DNA of 62,997 nucleotides, the filler included. It is 13 parts of 13 records of this genome, joined end to end, with 100 filler letters (N's around TTAATTAATTAA, not from the genome) between each part and the next. Parts side by side here need not be neighbours in the genome. Positions count along the whole stretch, not along the records: positions 49,689 to 54,023 come from SRR20825010_7087; positions 54,124 to 59,350 come from SRR20825010_7103; positions 59,451 to 62,997 come from SRR20825010_7107; 10 more parts are not named here. The stretch is one strand, 5' to 3'. The notes under the pieces were generated by a model that had not been told where the DNA came from, did not search any database, and worked only from the letters and a program-made list of their open reading frames with translations. Every line of letters starts with the position of its first letter. The first letter of the stretch is position 1. The translations under genes were made by a program, and so were the position numbers. This document shows, piece after piece, positions 53,564-62,997 of this stretch.

Positions 53564-54023
53564 TTAAGTCCGGCGGAGCAGGGCGCGAACGGCGGCCGCG
53601 ACGTCCTCCTGACGCATCAGGGATTCACCGACCAGGAAGCAGCCGCAGCCCGCCTTTTCCATGCGGGTGAGATCCTCCGGCGTATAAAGGCCGCTTTCAC
53701 TGACCGCGACGCAATCTTTGGGGAGTGCGCTTGCCAGTTCTTCCGTCGTCGCGATATTAACCTCAAGCGTTTTGAGGTTGCGATTGTTAATCCCGATCAG
53801 CGGGCTTTTGAGCTTTACGGCCCGGTCCAGCTCCGCCCGATCATGCACCTCGATCAGGACATCCATGCCCCAATCCTGGGCGCAGGCTTCCAGTTCTTGC
53901 GCTTCCGTATCATCGAGCGCCGCCATGATCAGCAGGATGCAGTCGGCCCCGAGCGCTCTTGCTTCGGCCACCTGATAGGGATCGATCATAAAATCTTTTC
54001 GCAAAACGGGCAGGGATACCGCA
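53564..54023 (-). CDS. trpC: Indole-3-glycerol phosphate synthase, 5' end truncated
   Basis: [24 protein letters not shown] and FLVGESLM motifs. Confidence 0.95.
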
Positions 54024-54123
54024 NNNNNNNNNNNNNNNNNNNNNNNNNNNNNNNNNNNNNNNNNNNNTTAATTAATTAANNNNNNNNNNNNNNNNNNNNN
54101 NNNNNNNNNNNNNNNNNNNNNNN

Positions 54124-54637
54124 TTTCTTCGAGATCGCCTTCATCATGGTGCCGCTGCTGGTGGCGCCCGCACAGGCGCTCGGCATCGACCTGATCTGGT
54201 TCGGCATCATTCTGGGCCTCAATCTGCAAACCTCGTTCCTGACCCCGCCCTTCGGCTTCTCGCTGTTCTACCTGCGCTCGGTCACGCCGGCCGGCGAATG
54301 GCAGGACAAGGCAACGGGCAGGATGATGCGCGGCGTCGGCACGCTGGAGATCTACAAGGGCATCGTGCCGTTCATCATCATCCAGTTCCTGGCGATCATG
54401 GCGGTGATCGTCTTCCCCAAACTGGTCACGCACTACCAGGATGACATCGTCAGGGTCGACCCGGACACGATCAAGATCGAAATGCCGTCTTTTGGCGAAG
54501 GCGGCGACAATTTCGGCTTCGGGGGCGAGAGCAACGATCCGTTCGCACTCCCGGACTTCGGCGGCGGCGACCAGCCCGCGGACAACGGCTCGAACGACTT
54601 CAACCTCGACAGCCCGCCGGATCTGAATTTCAATTGA
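54124..54637 (+). CDS. TRAP transporter large permease, C-terminal part
   Basis: NLQTSFLTPPFGFSLFYLR and IYKGIVPF motifs. Confidence 0.9.
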
Positions 54638-54651
54638 TTGTGCGGACCATG

Positions 54652-54683
54652 AAAAAACCCCGGAAGCGGAAGCTTCCGGGGTT
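54652..54683. terminator. Intrinsic terminator between convergent TRAP genes
   Basis: 12-bp stem AACCCCGGAAGC / GCTTCCGGGGTT with a GGAA loop; the A-tract gives a U-tail on the minus strand. Confidence 0.88.
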
Positions 54684-54707
54684 CTCTGTTTTCAACAAAC
54701 CGGCGTG

Positions 54708-55907
<1,200 letters not shown>

Positions 55908-56103
55908 TCAACTCCTGCACGAGTGCGGGAGGCCGTTTTTATGGCTCCATATGCCCGACCTTAAACGAAGGTCTAATAGGCGGCTTATCAATTTCGATTA
56001 TCAGGCAAATGAAAGTTCGTATTGCGCGGACCAAGGAAACATTTGACAGCACTGCCGCCGCCCGACATCACTCCATTCATTTACAACAGGCCGGAAAAAA
56101 ACC

Positions 56104-56874
56104 ATGTCCACCCCCATCATTGCCGTTCCCGCAGATACCAAGGTCTTTGGCGAGATCACCTGGCACTCTGCCCAGCAGCAATATATCGGCGCGGCGATGG
56201 ATGTCGCGGGCGTGATGAGCCTGATCGTACCGGCCTACGAAAACGGCGCCGACATCGACGCGGTGCTCGATCGCGTTGAAGGGGTGATGATCACCGGGGC
56301 CGCCAGCAACGTCGCGCCCGAGCTTTACGGCAGGCAAGCCGAGGAAAAGGACGGTCCCTTCGATCCCGGCCGCGATGCCATCACGCTGCCGCTGATCCGC
56401 CGCGCCATTTCGCGCGGCATCCCGCTTCTGTGCATCTGCCGGGGCATCCAGGAACTCAATGTCGCGCTGGGCGGCACGCTGATCAGCGAAGTCCATGAAC
56501 TCGAGGACCGCATCGACCACCGCGAGCCAGAATCCGGCAATCGCGCCGAGAAATTCGTGATCCGCCAGCCCGTCCGTATCAAGGAAGGCACCTGCCTCGC
56601 CGACATTCTGGGCGCCGGCGAGGTGACGGTGAACTCGCTGCACCGACAGGCGATCGGCGATCTCGCGCCAAACCTTACGGTGGAAGCGGTTGCCGAGGAC
56701 GGTACCGTCGAGGCGGTTTCGGTCATCGGCGCCACGAACTTCGCCGTCGGCGTCCAGTGGCACCCCGAATACTGGGCCCGTACCGACAGCGCATCGCGCA
56801 AGCTGTTCGAGGCTTTCGGCGAAGCGGTGCGGACCTTCGCGCAAACAAAGAGCGGCCCCAACGCCGCTCAGTAA
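56104..56874 (+). CDS. Gamma-glutamyl-GABA hydrolase family (peptidase C26, PuuD-like)
   Basis: ICRGIQE, NSLHRQA and GVQWHPE motifs. Confidence 0.92.
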   Translation: MSTPIIAVPADTKVFGEITWHSAQQQYIGAAMDVAGVMSLIVPAYENGADIDAVLDRVEGVMITGAASNVAPELYGRQAEEKDGPFDPGRDAITLPLIRRAISRGIPLLCICRGIQELNVALGGTLISEVHELEDRIDHREPESGNRAEKFVIRQPVRIKEGTCLADILGAGEVTVNSLHRQAIGDLAPNLTVEAVAEDGTVEAVSVIGATNFAVGVQWHPEYWARTDSASRKLFEAFGEAVRTFAQTKSGPNAAQ

Positions 56875-57563
56875 AGCCAGGCAAATGCCCGGTTCAGAAA
56901 CGCCGGAGCATCCCGCCGCACCGGCGCGCCATGGGCAAACAGCACCTGCCGCGCCGGCCATTGCAGAATCCGCCCTACCTTTTCGCGCATTGCCGCGTGA
57001 TCGGAAACCGCGACGCGGAACTTTCGCGGCACGGCGGGCTCTACACCCTGCATGGCGTCAAGACGGGCCACGATCGCGCGCCATCCGGAAAACCAACCGG
57101 GATCAAAGTGCTGAATCAGGTCGGTGAAGATCACCGTGCCGCTTTCGCGATGGAAGAAGACTGCTTCGGTCATGATCCTGTTGTCGTCGAGCACGACGCA
57201 GTCGATCTCGCCCGACCATTGCGCAGCCACCGCCTCGTCCTCCAGAACCCCGGAGAATGCGATGTCGCTGCGCTTTTGTGCAAGCGCGCGCGGACCGTAT
57301 ATCACGGCCTCCGGAAATGCCTCGGCCCATTCCCTCAGAAAAACGTGGTGGAGCGTATTGGGGGCGACAAGGAAGTGCGGCTCGCCAAGCAACGCCATCG
57401 CTTCGACAAGTGCATCAGAGGCAGCGACCGGCGACCAGATCATCAGCCGGCCATCGCCAAGGCGGATCACCGCCATCCGCGTGGGATAGCAAAAACCCAT
57501 ACTCGCTTTGACGACCGGGCCGTCCGCAACCCACAGATTGGCGCCGAGTTGTTCCAACATCAT
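56868..57563 (-). CDS. DUF4336-like protein
   Basis: YPTRMAVIRL, WSP, APNTLHH, EAVFFHRESGT..TDL and HG motifs. Confidence 0.8.
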   Translation of the reverse strand: MMLEQLGANLWVADGPVVKASMGFCYPTRMAVIRLGDGRLMIWSPVAASDALVEAMALLGEPHFLVAPNTLHHVFLREWAEAFPEAVIYGPRALAQKRSDIAFSGVLEDEAVAAQWSGEIDCVVLDDNRIMTEAVFFHRESGTVIFTDLIQHFDPGWFSGWRAIVARLDAMQGVEPAVPRKFRVAVSDHAAMREKVGRILQWPARQVLFAHGAPVRRDAPAFLNRAFAWLY

Positions 57564-57573
57564 GTCACCTTCC

Positions 57574-57604
57574 TTTACATATGTGCAAAAATACACAACT
57601 GTAT
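57574..57604. promoter_or_regulatory. Tandem candidate TetR operators
   Basis: TTTACA-N4-TGCAAA (57574-57589) and ATACA-N4-TGTAT (57591-57604) in a 45-nt divergent gap. Confidence 0.65.
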
Positions 57605-57608
57605 AAAA

Positions 57609-58178
57609 ATGACAAGATTACCCCGCACCGAGCGTTCGCGTTCGCTGATCCTCACCGCCGCCGAAGCGCTTTTCCGACGCCAGGGCTTTGCCCTGACCAC
57701 CATGGAGGAGATCTCCGAGGGAGCCGGTCTTACGCGAAAGACCGCCTATAATCTGTTTTCCTCGAAAGAGGATATCGCGCTCGCGCTGATCGCACGGGTT
57801 GAAGCCGATGACGGACGCTACCGCGACAGGATTGCAGCCGGAGAGGACGCGAACGCGCTCCTCTGCGCCATATTCTCTGATAGCGCCGCATGGTGCCGCG
57901 CCAACCCGTCGCTTGCCGAACTGGCGCTGAGGCCCGCGCGCCGCCCCGGCCTTGCGCCGCCCCCGGACCGGCCATCCTTCCAGAGGCTGGTGCGCGATGT
58001 CGTCGCGCTGGGACAGGAACAGAAAGCATTCCGCTGTGACGAGGCCCCGGAATTCATGGCGCTGATCCTGCTTGCAGTCTTCGGCCAGGCCATGCTGAAC
58101 GCGCTTGCCGGCGATCCGCTGACGGAAGACGGGATCGCCGACATCGTGCGCATCATCACCGAAGGCATCGGCGTCTAG
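57609..58178 (+). CDS. TetR/AcrR family regulator
   Basis: ILTAAEALF...GF..TTMEEI...AGLTRKTAYNLFSSKE HTH. True start is 57609, not 56757. Confidence 0.92.
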   Translation: MTRLPRTERSRSLILTAAEALFRRQGFALTTMEEISEGAGLTRKTAYNLFSSKEDIALALIARVEADDGRYRDRIAAGEDANALLCAIFSDSAAWCRANPSLAELALRPARRPGLAPPPDRPSFQRLVRDVVALGQEQKAFRCDEAPEFMALILLAVFGQAMLNALAGDPLTEDGIADIVRIITEGIGV

Positions 58179-58253
58179 CGGCAAGGGCAAAGCCATCGGC
58201 GACGCTGTGCGGGCCTATGCCGCGTGCGCCGACCGGGACAATGCGGACCGCTG

Positions 58254-58694
58254 TCAGCGACGCTTTGCCGTCATACGCAGTCCGTCGCGCATGTTCATCA
58301 CCATCAGCGTGATATTGATCGCGCCGAAGGCAAGCTCCAGCGTCTGCACCGCGTAAAAGGACGCATCGAACGCGCCTGCCTGCGCCTTGGCCGAAAGATA
58401 AAGCGCGCAGGGTATCAGCACCACAATACCGTTGGCGGCGATGGTCGGCATGCGTTTGCGCTTTGCTGCCACCAGCGGCCCGCGCATCGGTCGGGCAAGG
58501 CGAAAGCCCGAAAAGCCTGTCAGTACCAGAAACGGCACCAGCAGCAAAAATCCCCAGGGTATCGTAGTCTTGACCTGCGTAACGAGCGCGGGGCCGGCGA
58601 AGGCCTCCGTTAGAACGGTCGACAGCCAGAACGAACTGATGGTTACCAGCGCGAGCGCGCCGGCGATGGGATGGAGTATCTTTAGCATGATCAT
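58254..58694 (-). CDS. Four-TM hypothetical membrane protein
   Basis: Hydrophobic 146-aa ORF divergent from MarR. Confidence 0.75.
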   Translation of the reverse strand: MIMLKILHPIAGALALVTISSFWLSTVLTEAFAGPALVTQVKTTIPWGFLLLVPFLVLTGFSGFRLARPMRGPLVAAKRKRMPTIAANGIVVLIPCALYLSAKAQAGAFDASFYAVQTLELAFGAINITLMVMNMRDGLRMTAKRR

Positions 58695-58710
58695 GTTCCT
58701 GTCAATTTAC

Positions 58711-58748
58711 ATAGCAAGCTATATAACATTGCATAGCAAGCTATGCAA
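58711..58748. promoter_or_regulatory. Tandem candidate MarR operators
   Basis: ATAGC-AA-GCTAT occurs twice; the second copy extends to TTGCATAGC-AA-GCTATGCAA (58729-58748). Confidence 0.8.
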
Positions 58749-58763
58749 ATGCTAATGAAGAAC

Positions 58764-59198
58764 ATGAGCTTTTCAAAAGACGATTCCGCCGGCTATCTTG
58801 CCAACCACATGGCCCGCCTTTTCGAACGCGGACTTGCTGCCCGCATCCGGCCGCTCGGGCTGACGACGGGCACCTTCCCGGCGCTGCTGGAATTATGGGA
58901 AAATGACGGACTGACGCAGAAGCAGTTGGTGGAGCGGCTCGATATCGAGCAGGCGACAATGGCCAATACCCTCTCGCGCATGGAGCGCGACGGGCTGATC
59001 AAACGGGAGAAGGACCCCGGGGACGGCCGCGTCCAGCGCATCAGGCTGACGGAGCGCGCCCGCGCCTTGCGCGATCCCGCGATCGCCGCCGCCACGGCGG
59101 AAAACGAAGACGCCCTCCTCGCCCTTTCGGACGAAGAGAGCGCAGACTTCATCGCACTCATGCAAAAGATCATCGCGGCCAGAAGGCAGCAGGTTTAA
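58764..59198 (+). CDS. MarR family regulator
   Basis: LTQKQL...IEQATMANTLSRMERDGLI.R...DGR...LT winged-HTH; start may be up to 21 nt earlier. Confidence 0.92.
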   Translation: MSFSKDDSAGYLANHMARLFERGLAARIRPLGLTTGTFPALLELWENDGLTQKQLVERLDIEQATMANTLSRMERDGLIKREKDPGDGRVQRIRLTERARALRDPAIAAATAENEDALLALSDEESADFIALMQKIIAARRQQV

Positions 59199-59240
59199 CC
59201 CACAGACTGCTGACAAAGCACCAGGCTTTGACCATCTTGT

Positions 59241-59350
59241 GTCTTGCTCGGAATTGATCCGAGCATCCAGGCGATTTAAGTCGCTGAATTTGCAAAGATT
59301 TACAACAAGACCTTGCCGGACGGCCTGGATCCTCGGGTCAAGCCCGAGGA
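59241..59350. repeat. REP/RPE-like paired palindromic element, cut by the fragment end
   Basis: Left arm TGCTCGGA-ATTGA-TCCGAGCA, right arm TCCTCGGG-TCAAG-CCCGAGGA, with inner complementary ends ATCCAGGC/GCCTGGAT. Confidence 0.75.
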
Positions 59351-59450
59351 NNNNNNNNNNNNNNNNNNNNNNNNNNNNNNNNNNNNNNNNNNNNTTAATT
59401 AATTAANNNNNNNNNNNNNNNNNNNNNNNNNNNNNNNNNNNNNNNNNNNN

Positions 59451-60538
59451 TCCTTGCCCTGCCCGGACAGGAACGTCACAGCGGTCGCCTTGCCCCGATG
59501 CGTCAGGGGAAAACCCGCTGCGGCCGCACAGCCGGCAGCCGCAGTGATGCCAGGCACGACCTCGACTTCGATCTGATGCGCGCGAAGGTACTCGACTTCC
59601 TCCCCACCCCGGCCAAAGATGAACGGGTCACCGCCCTTCAGCCGCACGACCAGATGCCCCGCACCGGCTTCCGCCACCAGCAGGGCATTGATCTCGTCCT
59701 GGGTCCGATGGTGGTTGCCGCGTGACTTGCCGACATAGACCAGCCGCGCGTCACGGCGTGCCAGTTCCAGCACCCCCGGCCCGACCAGCTTGTCATGCAC
59801 GATGACATCCGCCTGCTTCAGCAGACGATGCGCCTTCAGGGTCAGCAGTTCCGGGTCGCCCGGACCTGCGCCGACAATGGCAACACGTCCGGCGGCGACC
59901 GTGTGGTCATCCTGATTGACCAGGGTCAGCATGTCCTGCCGCGCCGCGCCCTCATCACCATCCAGCACCTTGCGCGCGACCGGACCGGACAGGAATGCGT
60001 CCCAGAACCTGCGCCGCGCCTTCGGCGTCGTCCGACCGGCGGCGACCGCCCCCCGGAAACTGTCAACAAATCCGGCGAGCGCGCCAAGGCGGGCGGGCAG
60101 AGCCGCCTCCACCGCGCCGCGCACCTGCCGCGCCAGCGCCGGGGCGGCACCACCCGTGGAAATCGCAACCGTCACCGGCGCGCGGTCGACTATCGCGGGC
60201 ATCGTGAAGTCGGACAGGGCGGGGCGATCAACCACATTCACCGTGACCCCCGCCGCGCGGGCCGCATCGGCGAGCCGCCGGTCCGTTGCCTCATCGCCTG
60301 TACCGATAACTGCCATAACCACATTATTCAGGTGTTGATTGATGGTTTCAGAGCGAAACAGCTCCACCTGGATCCCGTCCACCTGCGCCATCACGCAAGG
60401 TTCGGCATCGGGCGCAACGACCCGGACGAACGCCCCGGCGGCGCGCAGCAGACGCAGCTTTGCCGCCGCCGCATCACCACCGCCAGCCAGCAGGACAGTC
60501 TGCCCCTTCAGCTTCAGGAAAATCGGAAATGCCTGCAT
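59451..60538 (-). CDS. cysG: Siroheme synthase, 3' end truncated
   Basis: FPIFL, GGG..A..K, NVVD, ISTGG.APAL, then VGAGPGDPELLT, RLKGGDPFIFGRGGEE and VPGITAA. Confidence 0.96.
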
Positions 60539-60683
60539 GGTCAGGCCCCTCCTTCAATAGGATTGACCCTGGATAACGCCAGAGATGCCGCGGAAACCGG
60601 GGCAAATGATAACAGTTGTGTCTTCCTGGGAAACATTGCCCCGAACTCCGTGCCATACGAGGGCCCACGGAGTTCGCTCCGTG

Positions 60684-60737
60684 GCGCTTTAGCATTTGAT
60701 GACGCGGGTGCAAGCTGCCCAATCAAATTCCGCGAGC
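60684..60737 (-). ncRNA. SAM-II (SAM-alpha)-like riboswitch aptamer
   Basis: Minus strand CGCGG-AAUUUGAUUGGGCA-GCUUGCA-C-CCGCG-UCAUCAAAU-GCUAAAG has a P1 stem CGCGG/CCGCG and the AUUU, UUGC and GCUAAA elements of SAM-II; it lies upstream of a sulfur-assimilation gene. Confidence 0.75.
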
Positions 60738-60933
60738 CCGTCAGATCGGTGAGCCAGTCCGTATCTCGCAAGTCGGCATCACCGGATCGGTGAACGCCGC
60801 AGCGCAGTGGAAGGTAGGTGGAATTTTCACGTGGCGCTGTTTGCATGAGGATGATTTCATCCTCGGCACACGTAAGTCAATATATATATCTTGTTCTGAG
60901 GGTAATTAATTTTTTATACATTTGAAATGTGTA

Positions 60934-61386
60934 TTATTTGGCAGATGCCTCCTGTATCCGGGTTGCACCGGCAAAGCTGAAGGCGAGCATGATCTTGTCG
61001 ATACGGCCATCGGTGACCAGCGGGAACCCGTTCACCCGCACGGTGCCGAAGGACGCATTGTTCCCGAAGTACGGCAGTTCCGCAGCGCGCGGTGCGAGAT
61101 TGGCGGCAACCGCGTTCAGGAAAACCCAGAAGGGCGAGCCCTGTCCGGTGCCGCTACATGCCTGCAGGTTTTCGCCCGTCGGATCATAGGCCAATTGCTG
61201 CACCACGCGGGTACCCACCAGGCGATACCGGAATCCACCGCCATCCTGGATCACGTCAATCAGGGCAATATGGGCCAGCAAACGGCGGATCTCCGCCGGA
61301 TCTATGTCCTGGCGAGACGGCAGGGCACCGGCAACGCACTTGCTCTGCCAGTAGCTCTCCAGAAGATTCAGAATGTCGTCAGACAC
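60934..61386 (-). CDS. Stand-alone PAS-domain protein (PAS_5-like)
   Basis: YW......LPSRQDIDP...LL...FRYRLVGT...DPTG; GTG start with AGGGGAG RBS. Confidence 0.8.
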   Translation of the reverse strand: MSDDILNLLESYWQSKCVAGALPSRQDIDPAEIRRLLAHIALIDVIQDGGGFRYRLVGTRVVQQLAYDPTGENLQACSGTGQGSPFWVFLNAVAANLAPRAAELPYFGNNASFGTVRVNGFPLVTDGRIDKIMLAFSFAGATRIQEASAK

Positions 61387-61538
61387 TGTATTTTCTCCCC
61401 TTGACGTAAACGTAACTTGCTCGGGCAATCAGCAAGGGGAATGCCAGACTCCGGGTCCGGTTAAGGGATTCTCAACAATGTGACGGAGATCACGCCTGAC
61501 AGGCGGTGCCGGTGGCCCATTCCGGTCACTTCAGGCGA

Positions 61539-61916
61539 TCACTTCAGGCGGTCTACCCATGCCTCGACCCGGGCGCGATTGACGCCAAAATCGCGAAATC
61601 CATAGCGCGCGCGGGAAAAAACAGCCAACGTCGAACCGCCATCACCGTGTGGTTGAGCGCAGATGTCGATAATATCCGGGAAGCGAAACACCCTCGACCT
61701 TGCGATATATGTCGCGCACAGGCCGTCCGGGGATTTTTTCCTGATGAAGACCCGATCCTCAGCCCCGGCCAGGGCGTCGACGCGCAGCATCAGCTCCGCC
61801 GGTGAAACCGCGAACACCGGGCTGTCGGCATGCGGTCGGGCCATCTGGCACAGGCCAGGTGGTGCCAACAGGAACTGATTCGGCTTTCGGCTCAGTTTCA
61901 GATTTGCGAAATTCAT
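61539..61916 (-). CDS. DUF1499-like protein
   Basis: PN, RSRVFRFPD and SRARYGFRDFGVNRARV motifs. Confidence 0.82.
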   Translation of the reverse strand: MNFANLKLSRKPNQFLLAPPGLCQMARPHADSPVFAVSPAELMLRVDALAGAEDRVFIRKKSPDGLCATYIARSRVFRFPDIIDICAQPHGDGGSTLAVFSRARYGFRDFGVNRARVEAWVDRLK

Positions 61917-61935
61917 ACGCGCGCCTCCTCGAGTC

Positions 61936-62370
61936 TCATTCCGTAACGTCGTTCACGATTTCTGTCTCAATCAGCACGCGGACTGTCTCGATCGTCAACA
62001 CCCGTTCAGCGCGTACATAGGGTATGGCCTTGCCAATGCCCCAGACCGGGCCAGGCCAGGCCGGATCACCGATCTGGCGGGCAATGACATGCACATGCAT
62101 CTGGGCAACCATGTTGCCCAGCGTCGCCACGTTGGTCTTGTCACAGGGGCCAACAGCCGTGAGCGCGCGCGCCACCGCCGCCGCCTCATCAACCAGCAGC
62201 GCACGGTCAGCCGGGCTGAGGTCGAAGAGTTCGCGCGCATTGGCGCGGCGGGGGATCAGCAACACCCACGGCCAGCGACTGTCGTCGACCAGGCGCACCG
62301 CACAGAGCGGCAGGTCCATGACATCCACACTGTCCGCAACCAGGCGCGGGTCGACTTCGAACTCAGCCAT
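61936..62370 (-). CDS. HIT family protein
   Basis: NVATLGNMVAQMHVHVIAR and WPGPVWG motifs. Confidence 0.9.
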   Translation of the reverse strand: MAEFEVDPRLVADSVDVMDLPLCAVRLVDDSRWPWVLLIPRRANARELFDLSPADRALLVDEAAAVARALTAVGPCDKTNVATLGNMVAQMHVHVIARQIGDPAWPGPVWGIGKAIPYVRAERVLTIETVRVLIETEIVNDVTE

Positions 62371-62378
62371 GACCCGAC

Positions 62379-62997
62379 CTATTCCGCTGCATCGGCGAGA
62401 GGCGCATCCGGCACCCAGCGCAGCACCGGCTTCCGCGCTGCCAGGGTTTCGTCCAGACGGCGGCGCGGCGTCATGGTCGGGGCTTCCTTGAAGTACTCGG
62501 CCTCCCCCGCCCTTGCCTGCCCGACCAGTCCCCGCATGACAGCAATGAAGTCATCCAGCGTCTGCCGTGTTTCGGTTTCCGTCGGTTCGATCAACATCGC
62601 CCCGTGAACGATCAGCGGGAAATAGACGGTCATCGGGTGATAACCCTCGTCAATCAGCGCCTTGGCCAGGTCCATGGTTTCGACACCGGTGCCGTCCAGC
62701 CCCTTGTCGGAAACCAGCACCTCATGCATGCACGGTCCGGGATAGGCGGGGGGCAGCACGTCCCGCAGCATCGCCATGACATAGTTGGCATTCAGCACGG
62801 CGTCTTCCGCCACCTGCTTCAGTCCGTCGCGACCGTGGCTCTGCATGTAGGCCAGCGCCCGCACGAACATGCCGAACTGACCGTGAAAACCCTTCATCCG
62901 GCCAACGCGCGGACCGTCTTCATGCTCCACCAGTTCAAACACACCATTGCGTTCCACCACCTTCGGCAGCGGCGCATAGGGTGCCAGCGCCTCTGAC
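62379..62997 (-). CDS. gcvPB: Glycine dehydrogenase (decarboxylating) subunit 2, C-terminal part
   Basis: AVLNANY, CMHE, GYHPMTVYFPL, IEPTETE and RRLDETLAARKP motifs. Confidence 0.95.
   Translation of the reverse strand, partial: SEALAPYAPLPKVVERNGVFELVEHEDGPRVGRMKGFHGQFGMFVRALAYMQSHGRDGLKQVAEDAVLNANYVMAMLRDVLPPAYPGPCMHEVLVSDKGLDGTGVETMDLAKALIDEGYHPMTVYFPLIVHGAMLIEPTETETRQTLDDFIAVMRGLVGQARAGEAEYFKEAPTMTPRRRLDETLAARKPVLRWVPDAPLADAAE

Noticed and set aside
56757..58178. 473-aa ORF suggesting a TetR with a long N-terminal extension
   Set aside because: The first ~280 codons are antisense to the DUF4336-like gene; the TetR domain starts at ATG 57609.
60741..60860. 39-codon ORF with three Cys as a cysteine-sensing leader peptide
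   Set aside because: The Cys codons are scattered, and the ATG falls within the probable promoter, so it is likely not transcribed.
61526..61550. 12-bp direct repeat TCACTTCAGGCG at the end of the DUF1499-like gene
   Set aside because: A short local duplication of the last codons; there is no element between the copies.

Overview
This window is not one locus. It is 13 unrelated sequence fragments joined by 12 identical 100-nt artificial spacers (44 N + TTAATTAATTAA + 44 N, with stops in all six frames), so gene context is only valid inside a fragment. By gene content and base composition (inference), most fragments are alphaproteobacterial, one is Flavobacteriaceae-like (6425-10858) and one is planctomycete-like (37401-41954). 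Most content is housekeeping or transport: mutM-ubiE-ubiB-coaBC-dut, an AddA/UvrD-type helicase and SOD, ABC and TRAP transporters, tol-pal, a btu-like operon, glyQS with tRNA-Gly, comEC-lexA-moeA-moaC-trpC, cysG and gcvPB. There is no CRISPR array, rRNA, phage or transposase. Four things stand out. (1) A SAM-II-like riboswitch lies about 150 nt upstream of cysG and is followed by a cascade of mutually exclusive hairpins. (2) An H-NOX-fold protein has lost the heme-ligating His and the YxSxR motif; it is coupled to an sGC-like HNOBA-GGDEF cyclase in front of polysaccharide genes. (3) An aryl-polyene/xanthomonadin-type cluster fragment encodes a halogenase-motif flavoprotein and an FH-type MIO lyase. 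(4) Several operators are clearly readable, and there is a REP/RPE-like palindromic element. None of these can be called undescribed without database searches.
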